This document shows positions 7,906 through 17,375 of a stretch of DNA of 64,000 nucleotides, one piece after another. This stretch comes from an uncultured Solirubrobacterales bacterium. GTDB taxonomy: Bacteria > Actinomycetota > Thermoleophilia > Solirubrobacterales > Solirubrobacteraceae. The notes under the pieces are model-generated. The model ran no database searches. It saw only the letters and a program-made list of their open reading frames with translations, and was not told the origin of the DNA. Each line of letters starts with the position of its first letter. The stretch's first letter is position 1. A program made the translations under genes and the position numbers. Location: NCBI GenBank assembly GCA_963763785.1, contig CAVXPW010000017.1, positions 5,042 to 69,041 of the forward strand. Direction: 5' to 3'.

Positions 7906-8958
7906 TCAGCCGCCGAGCAGGCCGTCGGCCCGCATCGCCCCGATCAGGATCGACGCCGCGATCTGGTTGCCCGCCGGGTCAGAGAGGTGGTAGCCGTCAC
8001 GCTCGCGGACGGTCACCGTCCGGCCCCGGTAGACCATCGTGTCCCGGTAGCGGCCGCCCGGGGTGAACACCGACCCGAGGTCGATCACCCGGACGCCCGC
8101 CGGGAATGAGCCGGCCGCGATGAAAAAGGCGCGGTTGATCGCCCGGAAGACCCCGGCCGCCGCCGGGTCGCGCGGTGCCGGCAGGGTGAACCAGTAGACG
8201 CGGCCGGCCCCGCCCCGCAGGTAGGAGGCCATCATCGCCCGCGCCCGCCGGGCGAACGCCTGCGTCCAGTCGGCGGCGCAGCAGGCGACGATCCGCCCGG
8301 ACGGCGTCGGCAGGGCGAAGCCGTCGTTGGCGCCGATGAAGACGGCCGTGACGTCGGGGTGAAGCGTCGCCGCCTGGGCGGCCGCCCGGCGCACCCAGTC
8401 GAGCATCTGCACCCGGGAGATGCCGGTGCTGATGTGCGCCTCGCTCGTCACCCGCGCGCTCGGCAGGCCGCCGGCCAGCTGGTGGTCGATGCCCTGGATC
8501 TCCGAGTCGCCGGTGGCCAGCAGCCGCACCGGGCCGCGGACGACGCCGATCGTCCGCCGCAGGTCGAGCGCCCCGGCCGGCAGCGGCCGCACGCCCCCGG
8601 CGCGCACCTCGACCGCCCACCGTCCGACCTGCCCGGCCCGCAGGCCGACGTACACCCGCCGGCCGCCGGGCTCGACCCGAGGAGCGAGCACCCGGCAGTT
8701 CGGCGCGCTGCCGCCGGGCGCGGTCAGGCAGGCGAGCACCGGGGCCGGGCGGGCGCCTCCCGCTGGGGCGGCGAACTCGACGATCGCCGCCTTGCCCGAC
8801 CGGAGCGGGTCGGGCCAGATCGTCGCCGCTCCCCGTGCGGCGACGACGCGCGTCCGCGCGGCCGGAGCGGCGGCGCCCGACCGGGCTTCGCCCGACCGTG
8901 CTGCGCCCGACGGGCCGCGCCCGACCGGGCCGCGCCGGTGCCGCAGCCGGAGGTCCAC
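7906..8958 (-). CDS. SGNH/GDSL hydrolase, mature domain; apparently separated from its lipoprotein signal peptide (ATG 9029) by a 1-nt frameshift
   Basis: LATGDSEIQG (block I Ser), FIGANDGF and DGYHLS (block V) motifs. Another frame upstream encodes MPGRGRRGVLGKGLLIGLTAVAAGWTSGCG, a lipobox signal peptide. See the finding at 8875-9029. Confidence 0.8.
   Translation of the reverse strand: MDLRLRHRRGPVGRGPSGAARSGEARSGAAAPAARTRVVAARGAATIWPDPLRSGKAAIVEFAAPAGGARPAPVLACLTAPGGSAPNCRVLAPRVEPGGRRVYVGLRAGQVGRWAVEVRAGGVRPLPAGALDLRRTIGVVRGPVRLLATGDSEIQGIDHQLAGGLPSARVTSEAHISTGISRVQMLDWVRRAAAQAATLHPDVTAVFIGANDGFALPTPSGRIVACCAADWTQAFARRARAMMASYLRGGAGRVYWFTLPAPRDPAAAGVFRAINRAFFIAAGSFPAGVRVIDLGSVFTPGGRYRDTMVYRGRTVTVRERDGYHLSDPAGNQIAASILIGAMRADGLLGG
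8875..8933. repeat. Four tandem 15-bp units (GCCCGACCGGGCCGC-like) encoding (A/E)ARSG pentapeptides; unit 8905-8918 is only 14 nt
   Basis: Units are 8875-8889, 8890-8904, 8905-8918 (GCCCGACGGGCCGC, one C short of GCCCGACCGGGCCGC) and 8919-8933. Confidence 0.85.
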
Positions 8959-9050
8959 CCGGCCGCGACGGCGGTCAGTCCGATCAGCAAGCCCTTCCCC
9001 AGAACGCCTCGACGCCCCCGTCCCGGCATCCGTGCAGAATACGCGCCGGC

Positions 9051-10103
9051 ATGGTCGCCCATCCCCCTCTCGCCCGCGCCCGCCGTGGCGCTCGGTGGGT
9101 GGCGATCGCGATCGCCCTCGCCCTGCCCGGGAATGCCTCGGCCGCCCCGCCGGCCGCGGTCGCCGGCTGCGGCATCGTCGAGCGCGCCCAGCCGGCGCGG
9201 CCGGGTCCCTACCGGCCGCCGCTGGCGATCGGCGACTCGACGATGCTCCTCGCCCTCCCCGCCCTGGCCCGGGAGGGCTTCCAGGTCAACGCCCACGGCT
9301 GCCGCCAGTTCCCCGAGGCGCTCGCCCTCCTCCACGGGCTCGCCCACGGCAACGTGCTGCCCCATCTCGTCGTCATCGCCCTCGGGGCCGACGGGTCGGT
9401 CGGGCCCGGCGACGTCGCCCGGGCTCTCGCCGTCCTCGGTCCCGGCCGCGTCCTCGTCCTGGTCACCCCCCGCGAGCTCGGCGGCGGCGCGGGGTCGGAC
9501 GCCGCCAACGTCCGCGCCGCCGGGCGCGCACATCCCGGCCGGATCCGCGTGCTCGACTGGGTCCGCTACGCCGCCGGCCACGGCGCCTGGTTCCAGCCCG
9601 ACGGCCTCCACCTGACCTTCTCGGGCGCCAGCGCCTTCGCCGGCTTCCTGCGCCAGGTGATCCCGCTCGGGCGCCCCGGCCCACCGCCCGCGCCCCCGCC
9701 CCCGGCGCCGCGGAGCTGCCCGATCCGGGCGCCTGCGGGCCCCGCCGGGCTCGACGCCGCCGCTCCGGGGGTGTCCCTCCTCCCCGGCATCCTCGACACC
9801 ACCCAGGCCGACCCGGGCAAGGTCACCGTCGGGGCGGCCAACGCGAATCCGTTCGCCCTGGTCGGAACGCTGACGATCAGCCCGGTCGACCCGGCGCGGG
9901 CCGCGACGACGACCGCCTGCGTGGCCCTCGCGCCGGGCGGCGACGTCGCCGTTCGGGTCGGGCTCGGCCCGACGCTCGGCCGCCTGCTGGCCATCACCCG
10001 GCGCTTTCCGGTCCGCGTCGTCCTGCGCCTATACGACTCCGCCGGGGCGGCCGCTTCGGTCACCGGCTACTACCGGCTCGAGCGGCCGGCGCTGCGCGCC
10101 TGA
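9051..10103 (+). CDS. Secreted SGNH-like hydrolase/acyl-esterase domain protein with an extra C-terminal domain
   Basis: Start re-placed at ATG 9051 (MVAHPPLARARRGARWVAIAIALALPGNASA signal peptide). LAIGDSTM (Ser block) and QPDGLHLT (Asp/His block) are present. A roughly 130-aa beta-rich C-terminal extension is unassigned. Confidence 0.75.
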   Translation: MVAHPPLARARRGARWVAIAIALALPGNASAAPPAAVAGCGIVERAQPARPGPYRPPLAIGDSTMLLALPALAREGFQVNAHGCRQFPEALALLHGLAHGNVLPHLVVIALGADGSVGPGDVARALAVLGPGRVLVLVTPRELGGGAGSDAANVRAAGRAHPGRIRVLDWVRYAAGHGAWFQPDGLHLTFSGASAFAGFLRQVIPLGRPGPPPAPPPPAPRSCPIRAPAGPAGLDAAAPGVSLLPGILDTTQADPGKVTVGAANANPFALVGTLTISPVDPARAATTTACVALAPGGDVAVRVGLGPTLGRLLAITRRFPVRVVLRLYDSAGAAASVTGYYRLERPALRA

Positions 10104-10195
10104 GCTTCGGCCGCCGTGAGGACGTCGATCAGCTCGCCGATGCTCTGCTCCCGGGCGATCGGGTCGGGGAGCGTCAGGTGGGCGTTGATCGTGTG

Positions 10196-10222
10196 GGCGC
10201 GCGGCTCCGCCGCGCGCCTTTT
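10196..10222 (+). terminator. Rho-independent terminator-like hairpin
   Basis: GGCGCGCGG (10196-10204), loop CTCCG, CCGCGCGCC (10210-10218), then TTTT (10219-10222). It lies between convergent genes. Confidence 0.6.
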
Positions 10223-10240
10223 CTCCGTGCGCCGAGCTCT

Positions 10241-10909
10241 CTAGCTCCCGGTCGCGGCCAGCCCGATCGGGCAGCTCACGCCGGTGCCGCCGAGGCCGCA
10301 GTAGCCGCGGGGGTTCTTGTGGAGGTACTGCTGGTGGTATTCCTCGGCGTAGTAGAACGGTCCTGCCTCGGCGATCTCCGTGGTGATCTCCCCGTGGCCC
10401 TGCTCGCGCAGGCGCGCGGCGAAGAGCTCGCGCGAGCGATCGGCCGCCGTCCGCTGGGTCTCGTCGGTCCAGTAGATCGCCGAGCGGTACTGGGTGCCGA
10501 CGTCGTTGCCCTGGCGCATGCCCTGGGTCGGGTTGTGGCCCTCCCAGAAGGTGCGCAGCAGATCCTCGTAGGTCGTCTGCTTGGGGTCGAAGACGACGAG
10601 CACGGCCTCGGTGTGGCCGGTCGAGGCGCTGCAGACCTCCTCGTAGGTCGGGTTCGGCGTCACCCCGCCGGCGTAGCCGACCGCCGTCGTGTAGACGCCC
10701 GGGAGCTCCCAGAAGAGGCGCTCGGCCCCCCAGAAGCAGCCGAGCCCGAAAACGGCGCGTTCGAGGCCGTCGGGGAACGGCGCCGACAGCGGGTTGCCGA
10801 GCACGGCGTGGCGGGCCGGAACACGCATGGCCTCGGCGCGACCCGGCAGGGCGTGGTCCGGGTCGATCATCCTGGTCCTGCTTTTGAAAAGGGCGGAAAG
10901 CGGGTTCAT
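10241..10909 (-). CDS. msrA: Peptide-methionine (S)-S-oxide reductase
   Basis: [60 protein letters not shown]. Confidence 0.95.
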   Translation of the reverse strand: MNPLSALFKSRTRMIDPDHALPGRAEAMRVPARHAVLGNPLSAPFPDGLERAVFGLGCFWGAERLFWELPGVYTTAVGYAGGVTPNPTYEEVCSASTGHTEAVLVVFDPKQTTYEDLLRTFWEGHNPTQGMRQGNDVGTQYRSAIYWTDETQRTAADRSRELFAARLREQGHGEITTEIAEAGPFYYAEEYHQQYLHKNPRGYCGLGGTGVSCPIGLAATGS

Positions 10910-10955
10910 GTACGGGAGGTTACGCGCGAGACATTGCCCGCCGCTTAACGGCCCC

Positions 10956-11633
10956 TCAGGGCAGGCGGGTCGCCCCGACCGCCCGGGCGTTGCGCATGAC
11001 CAGACCGAAGCCGAGCCGCGGCCCCTGGTGCAAGCGCCCGCTCAGCCGCGCCGCCTGGGCCTCGGTGATCGAGCCGTCGGCCACCGCGGCGCCGACCATG
11101 GGCAGCGCGATCACCGGCAGCTCGGCGCGGATCGCCGCCAGGGCCTGCTGGAAGAGGGCCTGCGCCGCGGCGCTCGGCGGCGCTACCGCCGGCGCGGCGG
11201 GATGGCCCGCGCCGGCGGTTGGCCCGCTCCCTGCCTCCGCGGCTTTCACGCTGTCCAGGCGCGCGAGGAACCGGTCCTCCTGGGCCTGGGTGATCGTCCC
11301 GTCGGCGACCCCCCGCTCAAGGAACGGCTTGGCGATCGCCGGGGCCCGGTCGCTCAGCGCGCCGAAGACGCGGGCGAGCAGGGCGCGCTCGCCCGCCGGC
11401 AGCGTGTCGACCCGCGGGGTCGGGCGGCGCTGGCGGTCAGGCGGCGGGTGGGTGCGCGCGTGGGCCAACGCGCTCCCGCTGCCGCCCAGCGCGACCACCG
11501 ACCCCAGCACGGCCACGGCCGTCCGCCCCGGGCCGACCCGCGGTCCGGCGCCCGCAGCCCCCTTCGGCGCGGGGCGCTTTGGCGGCCCGGCGCCCGGGTC
11601 GGGTGCCTTCGGCTTGCGGTTCTTCTGCGCCAC
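10956..11633 (-). CDS. Hypothetical membrane-anchored protein with an internal duplication (VADG[TS]IT.AQ motif twice)
   Basis: GTG start; basic N-terminus ([13 protein letters not shown]...), one hydrophobic segment ([16 protein letters not shown]), then two similar segments: [29 protein letters not shown] and [29 protein letters not shown]. Confidence 0.55.
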   Translation of the reverse strand: MAQKNRKPKAPDPGAGPPKRPAPKGAAGAGPRVGPGRTAVAVLGSVVALGGSGSALAHARTHPPPDRQRRPTPRVDTLPAGERALLARVFGALSDRAPAIAKPFLERGVADGTITQAQEDRFLARLDSVKAAEAGSGPTAGAGHPAAPAVAPPSAAAQALFQQALAAIRAELPVIALPMVGAAVADGSITEAQAARLSGRLHQGPRLGFGLVMRNARAVGATRLP

Positions 11634-11685
11634 GCCGCATTTCTACGGCGCCCGCATCTGAGCACGCTAACGAAATCCTAAGGAT

Positions 11686-12543
11686 TCATGAAAGAAGACC
11701 CACACGCACGCGGTTGCCCGACGGGTCTGCCAACTCGAGGCCGCCCTCGCGTCGCCGGGCGCCCTCGCCCGCCCGGCGCTCGATCGCCTCGAGATCGGAT
11801 ACGACCAGCTCGAAGTGGTCGAGCCCCCGCGCCCCGGGCGGCGCCGGCGGTGCGCCGGCGGTCCCCCAGTGGTTGATCCCCAACTGGTGGTGGTAGCCGC
11901 CCGCGGCCAGGAACGACGCCCCCGGGTAGCGCGCCATCACGTCGAGCCCGAGCAGGTCGCGATAGAACGCCTCGGCCTGCCCGGCGTCGGCCACCTTCAG
12001 ATGGACGTGGCCGACGGTCGTCCCCGCCGCAACCTGCGCCGGCGTCGGCCGGGCGTCAAATGCTCCCGAGAGAACCCCGTCCAGGTCCATCGGATCGGTG
12101 CTCATCCGGATGTGCCCCCGCCGGAGCGGCCATTCGGCGCGCGGGCGGTCACGGTAGATCTCGATCCCGTTGCCCTCGGGGTCGTCGAGGTAGATCGCCT
12201 CGCTGACCAGGTGGTCGGCGAAACCCGTCATCGGCACCCGGGCCCGGACGAGGCGCTCGAGCGAGCGGCCGAGCTCGAGGCGCGACGGGACGAGGAAGGC
12301 GGTGTGGAAGAGGCCCGTCGCGCCGGGGGCGGCCGCCGCCGCCGGATCCTCGGTCAGCACCAGGAGGTCGCCGTCGCCCGCGCCCAGGCGCGCGACCCGA
12401 TCGGCGCCGCCGTGGAGGTGGAGGCCGACCGGGCCCCCGTAGAAGGCGACCGCCCGGTCTAGGTCGGCCACGGTCAGATGGACGGCGCCGATCCGGGTCG
12501 CCGGGTCGAGCCCCGCCCCGGCGGCCAGGGGGATGGCGGGCAT
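11686..12543 (-). CDS. Two-domain VOC-family protein (glyoxalase/extradiol dioxygenase fold)
   Basis: Two VOC modules: GAVHLTVADLDRAVAFYGGPVGL and GHVHLKVADAGQAEAFYRDLLGLDV, each followed by His/Glu-containing segments. Confidence 0.8.
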   Translation of the reverse strand: MPAIPLAAGAGLDPATRIGAVHLTVADLDRAVAFYGGPVGLHLHGGADRVARLGAGDGDLLVLTEDPAAAAAPGATGLFHTAFLVPSRLELGRSLERLVRARVPMTGFADHLVSEAIYLDDPEGNGIEIYRDRPRAEWPLRRGHIRMSTDPMDLDGVLSGAFDARPTPAQVAAGTTVGHVHLKVADAGQAEAFYRDLLGLDVMARYPGASFLAAGGYHHQLGINHWGTAGAPPAPPGARGLDHFELVVSDLEAIERRAGEGARRREGGLELADPSGNRVRVGLLS

Positions 12544-12592
12544 GTCACGGAGGGTAGACCCCCGCGGGCGCCGGCCAGGGCGCCTGGGTAGG

Positions 12593-13501
12593 GTGGCCGC
12601 CGTGGCCGATCCGCCCGACTTCGACCTCCAGTCTCACTCGACCTGCTCCGACGGGACGCTCCCCCCGGCGGTCGTCGTCGCCCGGGCCGCCGCCGCCGGG
12701 GTCCGCCTCCTGGCCCTGACCGACCACGACACCCTCGAGGGGGTCGCCGAGGCGCTGGTCGCCGGGCGCCACCACGATGTCCGCGTCGTCTCGGCCTGCG
12801 AGATCTCGGCGCTCACCGAGTCCGGCGACGACCACCACATCCTCGGCTACCGGGTCGACCCCGGCGACCCCGAGCTGGGCGACGCACTCGCCGTTTCGCG
12901 CGGCGAGCGGCGGCTGCGCGCGGCGCGCATCCTGACCGCCTTCGACGAGCTCGGCCTCGCGGTCGACGAGTCGGCGATCGAGCGGCTGCGCGACGCCGGC
13001 CGGCCGATCGGGCGCCCCCACCTGGCTGCCGCCGTGGTCGCCCATCCCGACAACCGCGCGCGACTCGAGGCCGAGGGGTGCGCCGAGGCACAGGCCTTCC
13101 TCGAGGCCTACCTGATCCAGGGCCGCCCGGCCCATCGCTCGCGCGGCGGCCCGTCGATCGCCCGGGCGATCGAGCTGATCCACGGCGCCGGCGGCGTCGC
13201 CGTCTGGGCCCACCCGTTCTGGGAGACCGGCACCGCCGCCGAGCTCCTCGCCACCCTCGACGCCTACGCCGCCCTCGGGATCGACGGGGTCGAGGCCTTC
13301 TACATCACCCACACCCGCGCGCAGGTCGAGCTGCTCCATGCCCGCGCGACCGAGCTCGGCCTGCTGATCACCGGCTCGGCCGACTTCCACGGCCCCGACC
13401 ACGCCCGCTTCAACCGCTTCCGCGCCTTCGAGCTCTTCGGCCTCGAGCCCCGGCTCGGGGAGATCGCCCCGCCCCCGGGTCAGCCGTCGGCGATCCGGTA
13501 G
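12593..13501 (+). CDS. PHP-domain metal-dependent phosphoesterase (TrpH/YciV-like)
   Basis: FDLQSHSTCSDGTLPP, LALTDHDTLEG, ADFHGPDH. The track start 12533 would overlap the divergent gene start, so the start was re-placed at in-frame GTG 12593 (12602 is also possible). Confidence 0.8.
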   Translation: MAAVADPPDFDLQSHSTCSDGTLPPAVVVARAAAAGVRLLALTDHDTLEGVAEALVAGRHHDVRVVSACEISALTESGDDHHILGYRVDPGDPELGDALAVSRGERRLRAARILTAFDELGLAVDESAIERLRDAGRPIGRPHLAAAVVAHPDNRARLEAEGCAEAQAFLEAYLIQGRPAHRSRGGPSIARAIELIHGAGGVAVWAHPFWETGTAAELLATLDAYAALGIDGVEAFYITHTRAQVELLHARATELGLLITGSADFHGPDHARFNRFRAFELFGLEPRLGEIAPPPGQPSAIR

Positions 13502-14586
13502 GCGAGCGCCTCGAGGGCGAGCTCCTCGGTCACGTTGAGCGCCATCCGCGCGCGGGTCTCCTCGACGACCTCGAGCGCCCGGCGGAGCTCGACCGGCTCG
13601 CGCCCGGCGGCGTCGGCCTCGAGCTCGGCCCGGCGGTCGACGGCGTGGATCAGCTCGGGCGCCCCGGCGAGGACGACGGCCACGTCGCGGTACCAGAGGC
13701 CGACCAGCGCGAGGCCCCGGTCGAGCGCGCCGGTCGCCGCCCGCCGCTGCGTCCGCTTGGCCTGCTCGCCCTGCTCGCGCTCGATCCGCCGCCGCTCGGT
13801 CCGCCCGGCCAGCTCGAGCTCGGCGGCGTGGCGCTCGCCGAGCTCGGCCGCCGCCTGCTCGCCGGCCTCGCGGGAGAGCGAGAGGAGCCCGAGCCAGGGC
13901 AGCTTTCCGAGCTCGCCGGCCAGCGCCGCCCGGGCCAGCCTCTCGGCCGCCGCGCGGAGCTCGCCTCCGCCGCCGAGGGCGAGCGCCGCCGCCCGGTCGC
14001 CGTCGCCCAAGGACAGCCGGGCGCACGCCGCCGCCGTCGGCGGCGGCGCGCCCAGCGCTTCGAGGCGGGCCGCGAGCTGGGCGGTCGGGAGCGGGTCGAA
14101 GCGCACGTGCTGGCAGCGCGAGCTGATCGTCGGGAGGAGGTCGTCCGGGCGGTCGGTGAGGAGGATCAGGTGGGCGTACGCCGGCGGCTCCTCGAGCGTC
14201 TTCAGCAGCCGGTTGGCCGTGGCGTCGCCCATCGTCTCGACCCGCTCGATCACGAAGACCCGCCGGGCCGACTCGAACGGGGTCCGCGCGGCGGCGGCGA
14301 CGACCGCCTCGTCGACGTCGGAGACGAGCATCTCGGCGGCGCCGCTCGGCGTCACCCAGCTGAGGTCGGGGTGCGACCCGCGGTTCGCCCGCTCGGCGGC
14401 GCTCGCCGGATCCTCGGCCCCGTCGGCCAGCAGCGCGGCGGCGAAGGCGCGGGCCGCCGTCCGCTTGCCGGTCCCGGCCGGGCCGCGGAACAGGTAGGCG
14501 TGCGACGGCCGCCCGGCCGGGGGGAGCGCCGGGATCAGCATCGCCCGAGCGTGGGGGTGGTGCTCGAGCCCGGGGAGCCTGCTCAC
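13480..14586 (-). CDS. holB: DNA polymerase III subunit delta'
   Basis: HAYLFRGPAGTGKRTAARAFAAALL (P-loop), HPDLSWVTPSG, FVIERVETM, LLKTLEEPP. Start re-placed at in-frame GTG 14586 (ATG 14541 is an alternative); the track start 14781 overlaps tmk. Confidence 0.85.
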   Translation of the reverse strand: MSRLPGLEHHPHARAMLIPALPPAGRPSHAYLFRGPAGTGKRTAARAFAAALLADGAEDPASAAERANRGSHPDLSWVTPSGAAEMLVSDVDEAVVAAAARTPFESARRVFVIERVETMGDATANRLLKTLEEPPAYAHLILLTDRPDDLLPTISSRCQHVRFDPLPTAQLAARLEALGAPPPTAAACARLSLGDGDRAAALALGGGGELRAAAERLARAALAGELGKLPWLGLLSLSREAGEQAAAELGERHAAELELAGRTERRRIEREQGEQAKRTQRRAATGALDRGLALVGLWYRDVAVVLAGAPELIHAVDRRAELEADAAGREPVELRRALEVVEETRARMALNVTEELALEALAYRIADG

Positions 14587-14617
14587 CCGGCTGAGGTTAT
14601 GGGCTACCGTCCGGGCG

Positions 14618-15253
14618 ATGCCGCGCGGGCGCCTGATCACCATCGAAGGCATCGACGGGACGGGGAAGACAACGCTCGCCGCCGGGCTCCAGGCCGCGCT
14701 CGTCGAGCGGGTCGGCGAGGTCGAGCTCCTGCGCGAGCCGGGCGGGGTGGTCGCCTCCGAGCGGGTGCGCGAGCTCGTCAAGGACCCGAGCGTCCCGCTC
14801 TGCGACCGCGCCGAGGCGCTGCTCTACGCCGCCGCCCGGGCCCAGCTCGTCACCGAGCGGCTGATCCCGCTGCTCGAGGACGGGATCTGGGTGCTGCTCG
14901 ACCGCTTCGTCGACTCCTCGCTCGCCTACCAGGGGGCCGGGCGCGCGCTCGGCATCGAGGCCGTCCGCGCGATCAACCTCTTCGCCACGATGGGGCTCGA
15001 GGCCGACCGGACCCTGCTCCTGCGACTGGACCCCGCCGCGGCCCGGGCGCGGGCGCAGGACCGCGGCGAGGCCCCCGACCGGCTCGAGCTCGAGGACGAG
15101 GAGTTCTTCGCCCGGATCGCCGCCGGCTACGACGCCCTGGCCCGGGCCGAGCCGAAGCGCCTGCGCGTGCTCGACGCCGCGCTCGCGCCCGACGAGGTCC
15201 TCGCCGCCGCGCTGGCCGCCGTCGGCGACCTGGTCGTCGTGCGCGTCCGCTGA
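14618..15253 (+). CDS. tmk: Thymidylate kinase
   Basis: ITIEGIDGTGKTT P-loop, LLREPGG, DRFVDSSLAYQG. Confidence 0.95.
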   Translation: MPRGRLITIEGIDGTGKTTLAAGLQAALVERVGEVELLREPGGVVASERVRELVKDPSVPLCDRAEALLYAAARAQLVTERLIPLLEDGIWVLLDRFVDSSLAYQGAGRALGIEAVRAINLFATMGLEADRTLLLRLDPAAARARAQDRGEAPDRLELEDEEFFARIAAGYDALARAEPKRLRVLDAALAPDEVLAAALAAVGDLVVVRVR

Positions 15254-15254
15254 T

Positions 15255-17366
15255 TCACCGCGCCGGCAGCGGTGTGCCGGTGGCGGTCGCCGAGTTCTGC
15301 GGGAGGGCGTAGTAGGGCAGGACGGTCGCCGCCAGGCTGAGCGACTGGGCGCTGATCGGATCGACGGCCACCGCCCGACGGACGGCGCTCAAAAGGCCGG
15401 CGCGATCGCCGAGCACGAGGGCTACGTAGGCCAGCCGGTTCCATGGAAGCGCGTCGTACGGGGCGCGGCGGACCGCCCGCAGGAGGTAGTCGCGCTCGGC
15501 CAGCCGGAGGTTGCGCCGCTCGGCGATCACGGCGGCGTCGAGCAGCGGCTCGACGGCCAGCGGGTTGAGACGGGCGGCGAGCTCGGCCGTGGCCTGGGCC
15601 CTGGCCAGGTCGCCCGGGGTGCGCGCGGCGCCGGCCTCGGCGAGCGCGTCCTGGGCCTTGGTCTGGGCGAGGTCGGGGAGGATCGCCGAGGCGGCGAACG
15701 CGGCCAGGGCGAGCGTCGCGACGGCCAGGCCGGCGAGCGCCTGGCCGGGCCGCCATACCGGCGCCGCCCGGGGGACGGCGCGCCGGGTCGGCGGCGCCGC
15801 CGCGGCGACCGCGAGCAGGAGCAGCGCCGGGAGGGTGGCGCCGGGGATGTCCCAGTCCCAGTCGACCAGGCCGTGGACGAGCCAGGCGATCGCGGCGGCC
15901 ACGCAGGCGCCGGCCAGCGCCTGGTCGCGGCCCGGCGCCGTCCGGCGGACCCGGTCGATCGCCGCGGCGAGCAGGACGCCGAGCCCGCCGAGCGCGAGCA
16001 GGGCGCCGACGATGCCGGTCTCGGCGAGGAACTGGAGGGGGATGTCGTGGGGCTGGCGGACGTTCAGCGCCGGCGGCTGGCGGTAGAGCAGGTGGGTGAC
16101 CGGGAAGGAGCCGGCGCCCCAGCCGCCGATCGGCTGGCCTGAGAACGCGCCGGCGGCCTCCTTCCACCAGACCCAGCGGTTGCCCGAGTTGGTCGACAGC
16201 AGGCGGCTCGGGTCGGTGACCGGGACGGCCTTGGCCTGGGTGAACGAGTCGAGCTGGCTCGAGATCGTCCCGGTCGCGCCGAGCACGATCACCGCGAGGA
16301 CGGCGGCGGCGAGAGCGCCGCGGCCGAGCTGGCGCGACAGGCGTCGCTCGGTGGCCGGGTCGGGCTCCGAGCGGGCCTCGACGGCCATCAGGCGCCAGGC
16401 GAGCGCGGCGAGCGCGGCGAGCGACAGTGCGAGCACGAGGCCGAGCAGGAGGCCCGGGCCGACGCGCTGCCTGAGCGCAACGTGGTCGTGGGTCAGGGGC
16501 CCCTGGGTGAAGGCGAAGGCGAGGGACGGGACGGCGGCCACGGCGGCGAGCAGGAACACGGCGAGGCCGCGGAGGCGGGGGCCGCCGAGCCAGGTGGAGG
16601 CGGCGATCGCGACCAGGAGGGCGAGGACGCCGCCGCGGGAGTAGGTCAGGCCGAGCACGACGAGCAGGACGGCCAGCGCGAGCAGCGCGCGGAGCCGGGC
16701 CGGCCGGGCGCGAGTGAAGTCGGTGGCCAGGCGCAGGGCGAGCGGCGCGGCGAGCACGCAGACCAGGCCGAGCGCGTTCCAGTAGTCGAGCGGCGCGCGC
16801 AGGCGGGAGAAGATCGCCGTCTGGTCGAGGTCGATCAGGCTGCCGACGTGGACCCAGGGGACGACCTTGCCGGCGAGGGCGTAGAGGCCGACGGCGAAGG
16901 CGACGGCGAGGAACCCCTTGGCGGCGAGCTCGACCGGGGCGGCGGCGCGCGAGGCGGCGGCGAGGACGAGCGCGGTGAAGAGGACGTACTCGATCGACCG
17001 GTTGACCTCGACCCAGGTGTCGGCCGGGGAGACGCTCCACAGCAGGGAGAGACCGCACCAGACGGCGAAGCCGGCGAGCAGGCCGAGCGCGATCAGGGAC
17101 TTCCGCGAGAACAGCGGGGCCGGGGAGGCGAGGCCGATCCAGGCGACGGCGGCGGTGAGGGCGAGCGCGGCGAGGAGGACCTGGAGGCGCGTCTCCGAGG
17201 CGAGGTCGGTCCCGCCGCGGGAGAACGCCGCGTAGGCGCAGAGGGCGATCAGCCCGATCAGGATGCGCCGGGCGGCCACGCTCGGCGGGGCCGGGGCGCT
17301 CGCGACGCGGCGGGCCGCGACGGGCGGGGCGGAAGCGGCGACGGACACGGCGCCATCATCTAGCAT
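15255..17366 (-). CDS. O-antigen ligase (Wzy_C)-like polytopic membrane protein with a C-terminal TPR-like region
   Basis: More than 10 hydrophobic segments. LGLTYSRGGVLALLVAIAAS resembles the O-antigen ligase/Wzy_C loop. The C-terminal 150 aa is helical-repeat-like. Start re-placed at ATG 17366 (MLDDGAVS...). Confidence 0.75.
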   Translation of the reverse strand: MLDDGAVSVAASAPPVAARRVASAPAPPSVAARRILIGLIALCAYAAFSRGGTDLASETRLQVLLAALALTAAVAWIGLASPAPLFSRKSLIALGLLAGFAVWCGLSLLWSVSPADTWVEVNRSIEYVLFTALVLAAASRAAAPVELAAKGFLAVAFAVGLYALAGKVVPWVHVGSLIDLDQTAIFSRLRAPLDYWNALGLVCVLAAPLALRLATDFTRARPARLRALLALAVLLVVLGLTYSRGGVLALLVAIAASTWLGGPRLRGLAVFLLAAVAAVPSLAFAFTQGPLTHDHVALRQRVGPGLLLGLVLALSLAALAALAWRLMAVEARSEPDPATERRLSRQLGRGALAAAVLAVIVLGATGTISSQLDSFTQAKAVPVTDPSRLLSTNSGNRWVWWKEAAGAFSGQPIGGWGAGSFPVTHLLYRQPPALNVRQPHDIPLQFLAETGIVGALLALGGLGVLLAAAIDRVRRTAPGRDQALAGACVAAAIAWLVHGLVDWDWDIPGATLPALLLLAVAAAAPPTRRAVPRAAPVWRPGQALAGLAVATLALAAFAASAILPDLAQTKAQDALAEAGAARTPGDLARAQATAELAARLNPLAVEPLLDAAVIAERRNLRLAERDYLLRAVRRAPYDALPWNRLAYVALVLGDRAGLLSAVRRAVAVDPISAQSLSLAATVLPYYALPQNSATATGTPLPAR

Positions 17367-17375
17367 GGGCGACGG

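Noticed and set aside
12545-14026. Very long ORFs antisense to, or out of frame with, well-supported genes: 12545..14026(-), 13078..15312(+), 15127..17058(-), 6085..8109(+), 8420..10948(+), 34944..36989(-), 34997..39328(+), 55454..57391(-), 51337..52836(-).
   Set aside because: Their translations are Arg/Pro/Gly/Ala-rich low-complexity strings with no motifs. They overlap genes carrying clear catalytic signatures. Long open frames on the wrong strand or frame are expected at this GC content.
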